DNA of 64,000 nt from a virus (lineage: Duplodnaviria; Caudoviricetes): positions 270,493 to 334,492 of IMG/VR virus record IMGVR_UViG_3300046820_001270; one strand, 5' to 3'. Below the pieces are notes generated by a model. The model saw only the letters and a program-made list of their open reading frames with translations, was not told the DNA's origin and ran no database searches. Positions 19,491-30,169 of the stretch are shown here, in pieces (position 1 is the first letter of the stretch; the number at the start of each line of letters is the position of its first letter). A program made the translations under genes and the position numbers.

Positions 19491-21752
19491 ATGCAGAAAG
19501 GTAAAAAATTTCTGAGTGACTTGAAGTTACACTCAGATTATTTTAAATGGAAAGAAGATGAACAAAGGTACGAAACATGGGAAGACGCATGTGAGAACAT
19601 AATTGACGGACACAGAAAAAAATATGTGGATTATGATGAGGCAATTGAACCATATTTACAATCTGCCGTTGAAAGTATGAAAGATCAAGCTGTATTAGCT
19701 TCACAAAGAAACTTACAATACAGACATGAACAAATCATGAAACATAACACGAGAATGTTTAACTGTACATCAGGACACATTGCTCGTAATAGAGTATTCC
19801 AAGAGATTTTCTATTTGGCATTATCTGGTTGTGGATTCGGAGGTGGATTATTAATCCCTTTCGTAAACAATTTAAGTAGAATCCAAAAGAGAACTTTAGG
19901 AACTAAAACTTTTTATATTGAAGATTCAATTGAAGGTTGGGCAAATGCGTTAGGTGTATTATTATCATCTTATTTTGTTGATGAGCAACCATTTCCTGAA
20001 TATGCTGGATATGAAGTTAAATTAGATTATTCTTTAATTCGTGAGAAAGGTGCGTTCATTAGTGGTGGTTTTAAAGCACCTGGTCCTGAAGGTTTAAAAC
20101 AATCTTTAGAAAAAATTGAAACGTTAATTGAAAAGTGGATTACAACAGAAGGAGATAAAATTCGTCCTATCTTGGCGTTTGACATTATTTGTCATTCGGC
20201 AGATGCTGTATTATCAGGTGGAGTTAGACGTTCAGCGTTAAACATGATTGTAGATCCTAATGATGATGAGATGATCCACGCTAAGACTGGTAATTGGAGA
20301 ATGGAAAACCCACAAAGAGGTAGAAGTAATAACTCAGTTTTATTATTAAGAAGTGAAGTTAAAAAAGAACAATTTAATTACTTAGTACAATTAAACGATG
20401 GAGCAAATGATATTGGTTTTGTATTTGCCAATAGCTGGTTTGATATGTTTAACCCATGTTTTGAGATTTTAAAAATCCCTGTATTAGATACAATTGATTT
20501 TGGTAAAATCAAATATGATGAAGTTGATCAATATGTTAAAGACAACAAATCTAAGTTTGGTATTCAAGGTTGTAACTTAACTGAAATCAACGCAGAGAAG
20601 GCAACAACAAAAGAAAAGTTTTTAAAGGCTTGTAAAGACGCATCTTTCTTAGGTACATTACAAGCAGGTTATACTAACTTCCCTTATTTAGGTGAAACAA
20701 GTAAGGCAATCTTCGAAAGAGAGGCTTTATTAGGTGTTAGTATTACCGGTTGGATGAATAACCCTAAATTATTTAATGCCGAATTATTAGAAGAAGGTGC
20801 ACAAGTTGTAAAAGATGCTAATAAAGAATTAGCCGCAGTAATTGGTATTAATCAAGCAGCAAGAACTACATGTGTAAAACCATCAGGTAATGCCTCAGTT
20901 GTATTAGGAACTGCGTCAGGTATTCATCCTGAACACTCTGAAAAGTATTTCCGTATTATGCAATTGAACAAAGAAAGTAATACAGCAAAATGGTTAGAAG
21001 AAAATATGGCATTCTTATTAGAGGAAAGTGTATGGTCTTCAACTAAGTCAGATTACGTTGTATTTGTTCCTGTTGAAAATCCAAAAGTTGGTTTATTCAA
21101 AAAAGATATGAAAGGTATTAAACACCTTGAATTAATTAAATTGGTTCAACAACATTGGGTAAATGCGGGTACCAATCCTGAATTATGTGCTTACATGCCT
21201 GTTAATCATAATACGTCTTGTACGGTTATTATTGATGACAAAGATGCAATTGTTGACTACATTTGGGAACAAAGAGATTTCTTCACCGCAGTTAGTTTCA
21301 TGTCAGACTACGGAGACAAAGACTTCAATCAAGCACCGTTTACATCTGTATTAAATTTGGATGAAATTGTGGAAACATATGGTAAAGGTTCAATTTTAGC
21401 TTCAGGGTTAATTATTGATGGATTACATTATTTCCAAAATAACCTATGGTTAGCAACAGATACTTTATTAGACGATTCAATCCAAGTTACCGGAACAAGA
21501 GAACAAGTATTATTAAAGAAATATTGGTTGTCAAGAGCGAAGAAATTTGCAAAGAATTATTTCAAGGGTGATTTGAAGAGGATGGTTTATTGTTTAAAAG
21601 ACGTACACTTATTCTATAAGTGGGAAACCATCACTCGTCAATTTAAAGAAGTTGATTTTGGTACCATTTTAGATAAACCACAATACAAGAACATTTCCGA
21701 TTATGCGGCACAGGCTTGTAGTGGAGCACAATGTGATGTAACAAGTATCTAA
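19491..21752 (+). CDS. nrdJ: Class II (adenosylcobalamin-dependent) monomeric ribonucleotide reductase
   Basis: FNCTSG, GGVRRSAL, NPCFEI (thiyl radical Cys), GCNLTEIN, TTCVKPSGNAS and a C-terminal redox pair CSGAQC. No R2 or activase gene nearby. Confidence 0.85.
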   Translation: MQKGKKFLSDLKLHSDYFKWKEDEQRYETWEDACENIIDGHRKKYVDYDEAIEPYLQSAVESMKDQAVLASQRNLQYRHEQIMKHNTRMFNCTSGHIARNRVFQEIFYLALSGCGFGGGLLIPFVNNLSRIQKRTLGTKTFYIEDSIEGWANALGVLLSSYFVDEQPFPEYAGYEVKLDYSLIREKGAFISGGFKAPGPEGLKQSLEKIETLIEKWITTEGDKIRPILAFDIICHSADAVLSGGVRRSALNMIVDPNDDEMIHAKTGNWRMENPQRGRSNNSVLLLRSEVKKEQFNYLVQLNDGANDIGFVFANSWFDMFNPCFEILKIPVLDTIDFGKIKYDEVDQYVKDNKSKFGIQGCNLTEINAEKATTKEKFLKACKDASFLGTLQAGYTNFPYLGETSKAIFEREALLGVSITGWMNNPKLFNAELLEEGAQVVKDANKELAAVIGINQAARTTCVKPSGNASVVLGTASGIHPEHSEKYFRIMQLNKESNTAKWLEENMAFLLEESVWSSTKSDYVVFVPVENPKVGLFKKDMKGIKHLELIKLVQQHWVNAGTNPELCAYMPVNHNTSCTVIIDDKDAIVDYIWEQRDFFTAVSFMSDYGDKDFNQAPFTSVLNLDEIVETYGKGSILASGLIIDGLHYFQNNLWLATDTLLDDSIQVTGTREQVLLKKYWLSRAKKFAKNYFKGDLKRMVYCLKDVHLFYKWETITRQFKEVDFGTILDKPQYKNISDYAAQACSGAQCDVTSI

Positions 21753-21925
21753 TGAAATTGGAGGAAGGAGTGGATTATTATATAGATGAGAAGTCGGGAC
21801 TTATGGTCCTGACTTCTTTCTTTTTACAGAAGAGAGGGTATTGTTGTTCCAACGGGTGTGCAAATTGTCCGTATGACCCACCTCACATTATTAAAGGAAA
21901 TTCAAAATTAAAAGAGGATACATAA
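21752..21925 (+). CDS. 57-aa Cys-rich protein (DUF5522-like), missed by the ORF track
   Basis: Hand translation gives MKLEEGVDYYIDEKSGLMVLTSFFLQKRGYCCSNGCANCPYDPPHIIKGNSKLKEDT*. Its ATG overlaps the RNR stop (TAATG). RGYCCxNGCxxCPY is the DUF5522 signature as recalled. Confidence 0.8.
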   Translation: MKLEEGVDYYIDEKSGLMVLTSFFLQKRGYCCSNGCANCPYDPPHIIKGNSKLKEDT

Positions 21926-21955
21926 CCATTTTGTGTTTGTTTATATTTATTGAAT

Positions 21956-22408
21956 ATGGCAGTAACATACGGTATCGATTATCCATTTAGAGACAGTCCT
22001 AAGGGAGATTATTTGAATATGACAGAAATCCCCGAAAAAGAGATTAGAGCTAATCTAATACACCTTATTTTAACAAAGAAAGGTAGTAGGTATTATTTAC
22101 CTGATTTCGGGACCAGAATATATGAGTATATTTTTGATCAAAATGATTTTGTGACATATAATTTAATTGAAGAAGAAATAAGAGAAGGTGTAAAGAAATT
22201 TATACCAAATTTAGAAATAAACAATATATCTATTATGTCAGCGGAAGATGACCCAAATGAAAATAGAAGTATTTCACAAGATGAAGATCAAAGACTTTTT
22301 AGAGTTTCTGAATCGTCCAACAAACCTTACACTGCAGTTGTAAAAATAGAGTACAGTGTAAATAACGGATCATTCTCAACGTCCGATTTTATAATTTTAA
22401 ACATATAA
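21956..22408 (+). CDS. Baseplate wedge subunit, gp25/GPW-like
   Basis: IRANLIHLILTKKGSRYYLPDFGTRIYEYIFD matches gp25-like proteins. ATG at 21956 is preferred over the TTG at 21950. Confidence 0.85.
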   Translation: MAVTYGIDYPFRDSPKGDYLNMTEIPEKEIRANLIHLILTKKGSRYYLPDFGTRIYEYIFDQNDFVTYNLIEEEIREGVKKFIPNLEINNISIMSAEDDPNENRSISQDEDQRLFRVSESSNKPYTAVVKIEYSVNNGSFSTSDFIILNI

Positions 22409-22409
22409 G

Positions 22410-24242
22410 ATGAGTAAACAAATATCATACGCAACAAGGGATTTTCAAGGATTAAGAAACGAATTAGTTAATTTAACTAAAGATTATTATCCTGACTTAG
22501 TTAAAAACTTTAACGACGCATCAATTTATTCTGTATTATTGGATATTAACGCTGCGGTTGCCGATAATCTACACTTTCACATTGATAGGGTTTGGCAAGA
22601 AACAATGTTGGATTTTGCACAACAAAAACAATCATTGTTTCATATTGCTAAAACATATGGTTTAAGATTACCAGGAGTAAGACCTTCAGTTGCTTTATGT
22701 GATTTTTCAATTACGGTACCAACACAAGGAGATAAAGAAGATGTAAGATATTTGGGATTATTAAAAGGTGGTGCACAAGTTTCAGGTGGAGGACAAATAT
22801 TTGAAACTATCGACGATATCGATTTTTCAATTCCTTTTAATAAAAAAGGAGAACCGAACAGATTAAAAATACCAAATTTTGATGCAAATAATAAAGTTGC
22901 ATCTTACACTATTACAAAAAGAGAACCTGTTGTTAATGGTATAACTAAAATTTATAGAAGAGTTATTAATCAAATTGATCAAAAACCATTTTTAAAATTA
23001 TATTTACCTGAACAGAATGTTTTAGGTGTTACATCTGTTATTCATAAGGACGGTACTAATTTTGGTAGTAATCCAACATCAAGTGAATTTAATAACGTTA
23101 CTAATAAATGGTATGAAGTTAAGTCATTAATGCAGGATAAAGTCTTCATTCCAGACCCAACTGCGGTTTCAGATAAAGATAATTTTACCGCGGGAACTTT
23201 TATTGATGTTAGTAATAAATTTGTTACGGAATATACACCAGAGGGTTATTTTTCATTAACTTTTGGATCAGGTACAGTTAATCCATTGGATAATTTGGAT
23301 AACTATATGACGGGACAATTAAAAGTTAATTTAGCTAGTTACCTTAATAATCTATCGTTAGGAACAACACCAAAACTTAACACTACTTTATTTGTAAAAT
23401 ATCGTGTTGGTGGAGGTAAAGATAGTAATTTAGGGGTAAATGTTATCACTAACGTTGATGATGTTGAATTTATAGTATCAGGACCGGTTTCAGCATTTAA
23501 TACACAAACAATAAATTCATTAAGAGTAAATAATGTTACACCTGCGGTTGGTGGTGCTGACGCTCCAACTATAGAAGAAATACGTAATATGGTTTCTTAT
23601 AACTTTGCAGCACAAAATAGAGCGGTTACTCTAAACGATTATAAATCGTTGATTGAGACAATGCCGTCAACATACGGTGCTCCGGCAAAAGTTAATGTAA
23701 TGGAAGAAGATAATAAGATTAGAGTTAAATTATTATCATATGACGATAAAGGTAATTTAACTGATACAGTTTCTAATACATTGAAAAACAATATATTATC
23801 TTATCTTTCAGAATATAAAATGATTAATGATTATATTGATATTGTAAGTGGAGAAGTGATTGACATGGGTTTACAAATTGATTTAAACATTGATAAAAAT
23901 ACCAATCAAACAGACATTATACAAACAGTAATCGAAGACGTTATTACATATTTTGATTATACTAAACGTAAAATGGGGGATCCATTATTTGTTGGAGCAT
24001 TAAATAAAATTATAGGTGGTGTTTCTGGAGTTGTAAATGTAATCGAAACTAGAGTTTATAATAAAATAGGAGGTGAATATTCATCTGCTCAAGTATCACA
24101 AGCGTATAAAGATAATACAACTAAAGAAATAGGTCAGTCCGATAATATCATCTTTATGAAGTCAAATCAAATTTTCCAAATTAGATTCCCAAATAAGGAT
24201 ATTCAGGTAAGGGTTAAAACATTAGGAACGGCTACATTTTAA
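22410..24242 (+). CDS. Baseplate wedge protein, gp6/baseplate J-like
   Basis: YATRDFQGLRNEL, YRVGGG, GGADAPTIEEIR and QNRAVTLNDY. Confidence 0.85.
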   Translation: MSKQISYATRDFQGLRNELVNLTKDYYPDLVKNFNDASIYSVLLDINAAVADNLHFHIDRVWQETMLDFAQQKQSLFHIAKTYGLRLPGVRPSVALCDFSITVPTQGDKEDVRYLGLLKGGAQVSGGGQIFETIDDIDFSIPFNKKGEPNRLKIPNFDANNKVASYTITKREPVVNGITKIYRRVINQIDQKPFLKLYLPEQNVLGVTSVIHKDGTNFGSNPTSSEFNNVTNKWYEVKSLMQDKVFIPDPTAVSDKDNFTAGTFIDVSNKFVTEYTPEGYFSLTFGSGTVNPLDNLDNYMTGQLKVNLASYLNNLSLGTTPKLNTTLFVKYRVGGGKDSNLGVNVITNVDDVEFIVSGPVSAFNTQTINSLRVNNVTPAVGGADAPTIEEIRNMVSYNFAAQNRAVTLNDYKSLIETMPSTYGAPAKVNVMEEDNKIRVKLLSYDDKGNLTDTVSNTLKNNILSYLSEYKMINDYIDIVSGEVIDMGLQIDLNIDKNTNQTDIIQTVIEDVITYFDYTKRKMGDPLFVGALNKIIGGVSGVVNVIETRVYNKIGGEYSSAQVSQAYKDNTTKEIGQSDNIIFMKSNQIFQIRFPNKDIQVRVKTLGTATF

Positions 24243-24296
24243 ATGTTTTTTTAGTTATAATAATAGAAAATCACATAGTTTCTATTTATTATAAGA

Positions 24297-27200
24297 ATGA
24301 TGCAAAAACATAGAATTTCAACCAATTTAGGAGTCGATCAAAAAATTACAGTCGAATTAAAACAAGATTTCGATGTATTGGAGATTTTATCTCTTAAATT
24401 CTCTCAATCAGATATATATACATCTATATGTTCAGACTATGGTGTTGTTTGTGGTAGAGTTACCGCCAATAATGGTTTTGGTCTTGGTAATGCTCGTGTT
24501 TCTATTTTCATACCTTTATCTGCAGAAGATGAAGAAGATCCTGTAATATCAAAATTATATCCATACAAAGAGGTTACAGATAAAGATGATAACAATTACA
24601 GATACAATTTATTACCAAAAAGACAACAACATGGTGGCCACGCTCCCACAGGTACATTCCCTGATCAAAGCGAAATTTTAGGGAGAGAAGAGGTTTTAGA
24701 GGTTTATGAGAAATATTATAAATTTACGGTAAAAACAAATGGTGCGGGTGATTTTATGATATGGGGAGTTCCGATCGGAAACCAAACCGTACACGTTGAT
24801 GTAGATTTATCAGATATCGGATGTTTTTCATTAAGACCAAATGATTTCCAAAGAATGGGAATTGGTTTGGATCAATTTAAAAATAAATATAGTTTTAAAT
24901 CTTCAGAGGATATTGATTCATTACCTCAAATAGCAACATTTGATAGAGTTATAGAAGTTTATCCTTTTTGGGGAAACGAAGATTTATGTGAAATTGGTAT
25001 CTCAAGAACTGATTTTGATTTATCAGATAAAGGAATTAATATATTACCGAGAGCATATCTAATAGGAGGAACTTACACCGATAGTGCTAAAAATGCAATT
25101 AATAAAAATTGTACCCCAAGAAAGAAAATGGGTAGAAAATGTGATTTAGTTGTAAAATCAGCAAAGGTTGAGGCTATAAGATTTAGTCAAATTAAAGATG
25201 AATATAATAGACCATATTTACAATATCTTAATTTTGATGAAGATGTTCCAGATGATGGAGGGTTTGTAATACCAATTGTAATGAACATGGATTTTGTTAT
25301 TACAAATGAGTTTGGGGAAAATGAAATCACAAATGATCCAAATAAAGGTATCGCAACGTCAGGTTGTTATAGATTTAGATTTAACATAAATGATCAAGGA
25401 TTAGAAAGGGCTAGACAAAACGCCGATTACTTAATACCAAACGTAAGAGAATATGGGCATTTTAAAACTCCATCGGACCAAACTAGTGAATGGTTAATTA
25501 AAGATGAATCATATGCGTTTTCAACAAATTATAACGATTATTGGCCAGATGCTTTACCATTAATTTTAAATAACGAAGACGGACAGTTTTATCCAAAAGA
25601 TTATTTTTATAGATTTAGTTATAATAAAGTTTACACGGTGTCGTCTTTTCAAGGATCAACACAAGCACAAACGGGATCATTTGGTTTCGGAAATAATAGA
25701 TATTTGGGGTTAAAAGATTTAGCACCTGGAGAAGAAGAAGATTGTACTGATAACCTAACCCCACCTGTAAATTTTGGTACTAAAAATTATACTTTTCCAC
25801 TTTTAATTGCTGACATATTGTTATTGTTAGAATATCTTTTTAATTTTATCACTTTATTATTTTTTAATTCAGCATCAAGATTATTACACGAAACTGCAGA
25901 TTGGGCTTTAGATCGAGGTTGGCCAATGGCACGTCTTGGTAAGTATCTAAAAAAATTGGCATATAATTTACAAGATAGTGGACAAAAAGGGTTAGGTCTT
26001 ATAACTTATCCTGAATGTGATGAATGTTCGGCTGGAGAATTTGGAGCAACTAGCAATTTTACCGAAAAAAGAATTAAATTTTGTAGAGTAGGTACTGTAA
26101 AATTAATTAAATCACAAGTAGGTCAGGGAGGTAGTTTAGAAGCACATGATATTAGTTTCTCCACTTCTTTTTTAAAGGGAGCATGTATTGCATATAACCA
26201 ACAAAATAATATTATTCCAAGTGGAGGGTTCGGTGGATTTAGACCGGTACAACAAAATTATTATTTAAATGACACCTACATTGAATTAACAAAAACAAAC
26301 ACGGAGGGGGGTTCATATTTTTGGGAAGAAACACTTATCGATATTAGTTGGGATTTAGGTTATTTAGGATCTGGAGGAGTTAACTCAACGATACAACATT
26401 TCAGAGATGGTACAGGCGAATATTCCGCAGAAACAGGTTGGTTTTATCCTGGCATTTATTATAAATATTATGATGAGGATGGTGTTGATTGGTCAAGTGG
26501 AGGACCGTCACAAGGTATAGTGAATGTTGCATTAGAAAGTGGTTGTGATATATATGATTCACCTTATAATGAAGCTTTAGTAAACAGATATTATACATCT
26601 GAAACAGGAGATAGATCACCAATTTTACCTTCAGCTTACAATCCAAATACAATGGATTTAGTTGGTGCAAATTTAACAGATGATGGAAAATTTAAATTAA
26701 TAAAACAATATAGTGATAAATCTTATTCACCATTCACACCATCAGGTCAATCAGAATTTAAAGATGGTATGTTTTACGTTGTCCCCGGATCTCAAACAAA
26801 CGCAAGATTATTAGGTATTTTAAAAGAACACCGTATTAGAAAAAGAGTTGGTAAATTATTTTGTGGAGGAATTGTTAGTTATTCATATATAGATAACTGG
26901 TTATCAGGTTCTTTATATTTTTATCAGTTTAAAGCTAAGAGAGTGTTTAAAATGGTAGAAAGTGCAATTAGATATTGTAGAGAAACTGTAAGATTTGTAA
27001 CGGCAAATAAAGTAAATAGATTTTATTATAGATCAACACCAATATTAACGGGAACAACCGTAGGATTTGTCGGTAAAGTTGAAAATAACGGACTTACTCG
27101 AAGATTAGGTCACCCAACCACATTTGTAGATTTAGGACCTAGAGATGAGTTTATTAAAGAAATATGTATAGATAAATCATTAGATCCTAACTGTTCAATA

Positions 27201-28277
27201 TCAAGAAATATTGGCCCTACATCATATAAAAATTTTGGTGAATTAATGGGTCTCGCAATTAACTATAGACTCGACACTTCAAATAACGACTATAGTATTA
27301 ATAATTTTTTTGATAACACAGGGTTTAAAAATAATGGATTTCAACAAGTATTAGGTGGTGATATGTTACAATTAATTTCTATCAATAGTGAAGTGGGAAT
27401 TGAAGAATTTGATTTACAAAGTCCAAAGTATTTGGGTTATTCATATCAGTATTTAGATCCTGATTTATATCCTGATGTGTTTAAGAAAACAGGTATCGAT
27501 GGAAACCAATATTGGGGACCCGTACCTATTACTTTTGAATTAGATGATTCAGGGGAAAGAGTTAGACTTTGTTTAAACGAACCTGGTAGATTGGGTTGGG
27601 ATTCCAATACATATGGTTCATCACAAACAGTTCCATTTTATTTATGGGATAAGAAAGGTTATGGATTTGGTGGAACATCAGAAGCAACCGCAGATAACCA
27701 ATCTTGGGATTATATGAATGTGGAATTACAACCATTACAAGGTATGACTAAGGCCTACGATTACTATGGTCAAAATGATGATGACTCAGATAAGTATATG
27801 TTATTACCTATGACAAATAATTTTAGTGGATTAACAATAACTAATATGAATGTCACAGGTGTTGAAATTGAATTTGATGATATAATAACGGGAATAACCT
27901 CTGGAACCACAATTGAAATAGGACCAACAACAGGTAATACATTATATAACGGAGAATATCCTGGTTATACAATTTTAATGGTAGATACGGGAACATTAGA
28001 AGAACCTCTTACAGGTAGATTATATGTTAGAATTGGACCGGCAATGGGCAATAGTATTCATTTAGGTAGAACAATAACAAATGGATTTTATAAAATGAGC
28101 TGGACTCCAAATATGGATTTCATGATATTACCTAAAAAAGATTATTACTCAACCACGACAAAACAAATTTTGTCAACACCGTTCCAATTTTATTTCGGAT
28201 TGAAAGCCGGTAAAACCGGACTTGATAAATTTATAGACCAATTTGGTCCAAAGGGAGCGTTCCCATCAGCTGAATAA
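24297..28277 (+). CDS. Large baseplate-associated structural protein with an N-terminal prealbumin-like (CarboxypepD_reg-like) domain
   Basis: VVCGRVTANNGFGLGNARVSIF and TVKTNGAGDFMIWGVPIGNQTVHVD. Follows the gp6-like gene and is preceded by TATTTATT. Confidence 0.6.
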   Translation: MMQKHRISTNLGVDQKITVELKQDFDVLEILSLKFSQSDIYTSICSDYGVVCGRVTANNGFGLGNARVSIFIPLSAEDEEDPVISKLYPYKEVTDKDDNNYRYNLLPKRQQHGGHAPTGTFPDQSEILGREEVLEVYEKYYKFTVKTNGAGDFMIWGVPIGNQTVHVDVDLSDIGCFSLRPNDFQRMGIGLDQFKNKYSFKSSEDIDSLPQIATFDRVIEVYPFWGNEDLCEIGISRTDFDLSDKGINILPRAYLIGGTYTDSAKNAINKNCTPRKKMGRKCDLVVKSAKVEAIRFSQIKDEYNRPYLQYLNFDEDVPDDGGFVIPIVMNMDFVITNEFGENEITNDPNKGIATSGCYRFRFNINDQGLERARQNADYLIPNVREYGHFKTPSDQTSEWLIKDESYAFSTNYNDYWPDALPLILNNEDGQFYPKDYFYRFSYNKVYTVSSFQGSTQAQTGSFGFGNNRYLGLKDLAPGEEEDCTDNLTPPVNFGTKNYTFPLLIADILLLLEYLFNFITLLFFNSASRLLHETADWALDRGWPMARLGKYLKKLAYNLQDSGQKGLGLITYPECDECSAGEFGATSNFTEKRIKFCRVGTVKLIKSQVGQGGSLEAHDISFSTSFLKGACIAYNQQNNIIPSGGFGGFRPVQQNYYLNDTYIELTKTNTEGGSYFWEETLIDISWDLGYLGSGGVNSTIQHFRDGTGEYSAETGWFYPGIYYKYYDEDGVDWSSGGPSQGIVNVALESGCDIYDSPYNEALVNRYYTSETGDRSPILPSAYNPNTMDLVGANLTDDGKFKLIKQYSDKSYSPFTPSGQSEFKDGMFYVVPGSQTNARLLGILKEHRIRKRVGKLFCGGIVSYSYIDNWLSGSLYFYQFKAKRVFKMVESAIRYCRETVRFVTANKVNRFYYRSTPILTGTTVGFVGKVENNGLTRRLGHPTTFVDLGPRDEFIKEICIDKSLDPNCSISRNIGPTSYKNFGELMGLAINYRLDTSNNDYSINNFFDNTGFKNNGFQQVLGGDMLQLISINSEVGIEEFDLQSPKYLGYSYQYLDPDLYPDVFKKTGIDGNQYWGPVPITFELDDSGERVRLCLNEPGRLGWDSNTYGSSQTVPFYLWDKKGYGFGGTSEATADNQSWDYMNVELQPLQGMTKAYDYYGQNDDDSDKYMLLPMTNNFSGLTITNMNVTGVEIEFDDIITGITSGTTIEIGPTTGNTLYNGEYPGYTILMVDTGTLEEPLTGRLYVRIGPAMGNSIHLGRTITNGFYKMSWTPNMDFMILPKKDYYSTTTKQILSTPFQFYFGLKAGKTGLDKFIDQFGPKGAFPSAE

Positions 28278-30169
28278 TGAAAAAGAAAGAAATATTATTA
28301 CCTACTGAAAGGTATTTTAAGGCGGAAGAACAGGATCTTAATTTAAATATAAAATTAGAGAATGATGAAACTTTATTAAGAGAAGGTGATAAAGATATTG
28401 TTTTAAATTTAGCTGAATTATATAACGAAGAAAGAAACAAAAGTGCTAATTATAAAATATTTGGTAAAATAAAAATGGTATTTAGAAATATGTATTCCGG
28501 ATATACCGATTATACGCCACTATTAAAGAATTTTTATTTAGTAAATGACGGGACATCAGAAAATACCGCCGATAGTACTATTGGATTTGTTCCATATAAC
28601 GAATTTGCATTTCATAGGAATGATGTTAAAAGAGAAGTTTCCACACCTAAATCAGGATCAATAATAGGTATCCCTAATAACGTACCTAGTGTTACAATAC
28701 CATCTGGTAATAGATTTACAGGACATACGTCAACAACAGTAATGGAAGCCCCGTATAAAAATTGGAATCTTTATTTAAGTTATGTTTATACAGGACAAAC
28801 GGATTTCCCAATGAAATATACATTATCAGGGGACACTAATGGTAATAAAACATATTCATTTAACTCTGGAGACGGAATACCATTTAGAGTTACCGATGAC
28901 GGTGGAAATTATTACACTTTAACATCACCAGTGGAACATGGATTTAGTCAAGGTGAGTATATTATATTATCAGGAGGAACTTATACAACATATTCAGGAA
29001 TTACAACAGGTAAGACATTTTATACAATTCCAATAACAAAAGATACTGAAATATATAGAATTTTTTATATTGATAATGTCGGTAACGAAATATATGATTC
29101 AGAAAAATACGTAATTAATATTTTAAAAAGTGAATTTACATCGGGAACAACATTAAGTTCTGTAGTGTTAGGTAGGAGGTGTAAAAACATTAATGATATA
29201 ACAGGAACAACATCCCAATATTATGTACACAAACATAAAACATTATCAACAATCAATGATTATATTTTAGATAAAGTTGGTTTTGAAAATACAATATGGG
29301 AAGATGAAAGAAAAATTTTATTTGAAAATACTTTACAAGAAAATGACATTCTAGTAGAAAGAAATAGACAAGAAACTTTATTGTTTGATTTTAAAAATAA
29401 TTTTACATTATCAGGAATAACAAATAATTTGGGATACACACCAACTGAGGTATATGCTAGTATTATTTTTAAAAATGAAAATGGATTTTTTACTTACCCA
29501 CCAAAAGTAGGTTATAAATTTAATTTTCATAATGATTGGATGGATAATCAATTTAGTGGTTCAACATCAAACGAAACAACAATATCAACAAGAACATTTA
29601 CAGGAAATACTTCAGGATTTACATTTATAGGTGGACAAGTGACTGGTTTAACAAAGGGAACAGTTTTAACCGGTGCATTTGTGGAATATAATAGAGGTGA
29701 AATTAAAGAAAGAATTATTAGTGAAACATATCATAAATTTTCACATAGAAAAACAACAGGAGACGGAAAAAGGTTTTTTGACCATTCCCAAGATCAATCA
29801 AGTTTTTATTCTGGTGCAACAGCATCTAATCCGGTAGGATATTATTATCAACCACATCATAGAATTAAACTAAGAGAATTATCACCTTACATTGAAAGTT
29901 CAAAATTAGATTCAACACAACCACAAACTTTAATTGATTTACCTGAAAATACCATTTTTGACAATGCGGAAAAACTTTGGAAATGGAGAGATCTTTATGA
30001 TCACGGATTTATTGATCAAGAAGGAAATGGAACAAATTTTCCATTTATGAATAATTCACATTATGTTATGAAAAATATTAATTTTTATTTAAGAAATGAA
30101 AATTCATATATAAATAAAAACGATGAGTTAATTGGATTTAATAATTATAGAAATAAAACTAACTGTTAA
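28277..30169 (+). CDS. Structural protein (baseplate or tail), rich in [S/T]GxT
   Basis: 630 aa, coupled by TAATG overlaps at both ends within the baseplate operon. Confidence 0.6.
   Translation: MKKKEILLPTERYFKAEEQDLNLNIKLENDETLLREGDKDIVLNLAELYNEERNKSANYKIFGKIKMVFRNMYSGYTDYTPLLKNFYLVNDGTSENTADSTIGFVPYNEFAFHRNDVKREVSTPKSGSIIGIPNNVPSVTIPSGNRFTGHTSTTVMEAPYKNWNLYLSYVYTGQTDFPMKYTLSGDTNGNKTYSFNSGDGIPFRVTDDGGNYYTLTSPVEHGFSQGEYIILSGGTYTTYSGITTGKTFYTIPITKDTEIYRIFYIDNVGNEIYDSEKYVINILKSEFTSGTTLSSVVLGRRCKNINDITGTTSQYYVHKHKTLSTINDYILDKVGFENTIWEDERKILFENTLQENDILVERNRQETLLFDFKNNFTLSGITNNLGYTPTEVYASIIFKNENGFFTYPPKVGYKFNFHNDWMDNQFSGSTSNETTISTRTFTGNTSGFTFIGGQVTGLTKGTVLTGAFVEYNRGEIKERIISETYHKFSHRKTTGDGKRFFDHSQDQSSFYSGATASNPVGYYYQPHHRIKLRELSPYIESSKLDSTQPQTLIDLPENTIFDNAEKLWKWRDLYDHGFIDQEGNGTNFPFMNNSHYVMKNINFYLRNENSYINKNDELIGFNNYRNKTNC

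Noticed and set aside
15582-21752. Inteins or introns in recA, dnaB or nrdJ
   Set aside because: All three have normal lengths and contiguous motifs, with no Hint or homing endonuclease signatures.
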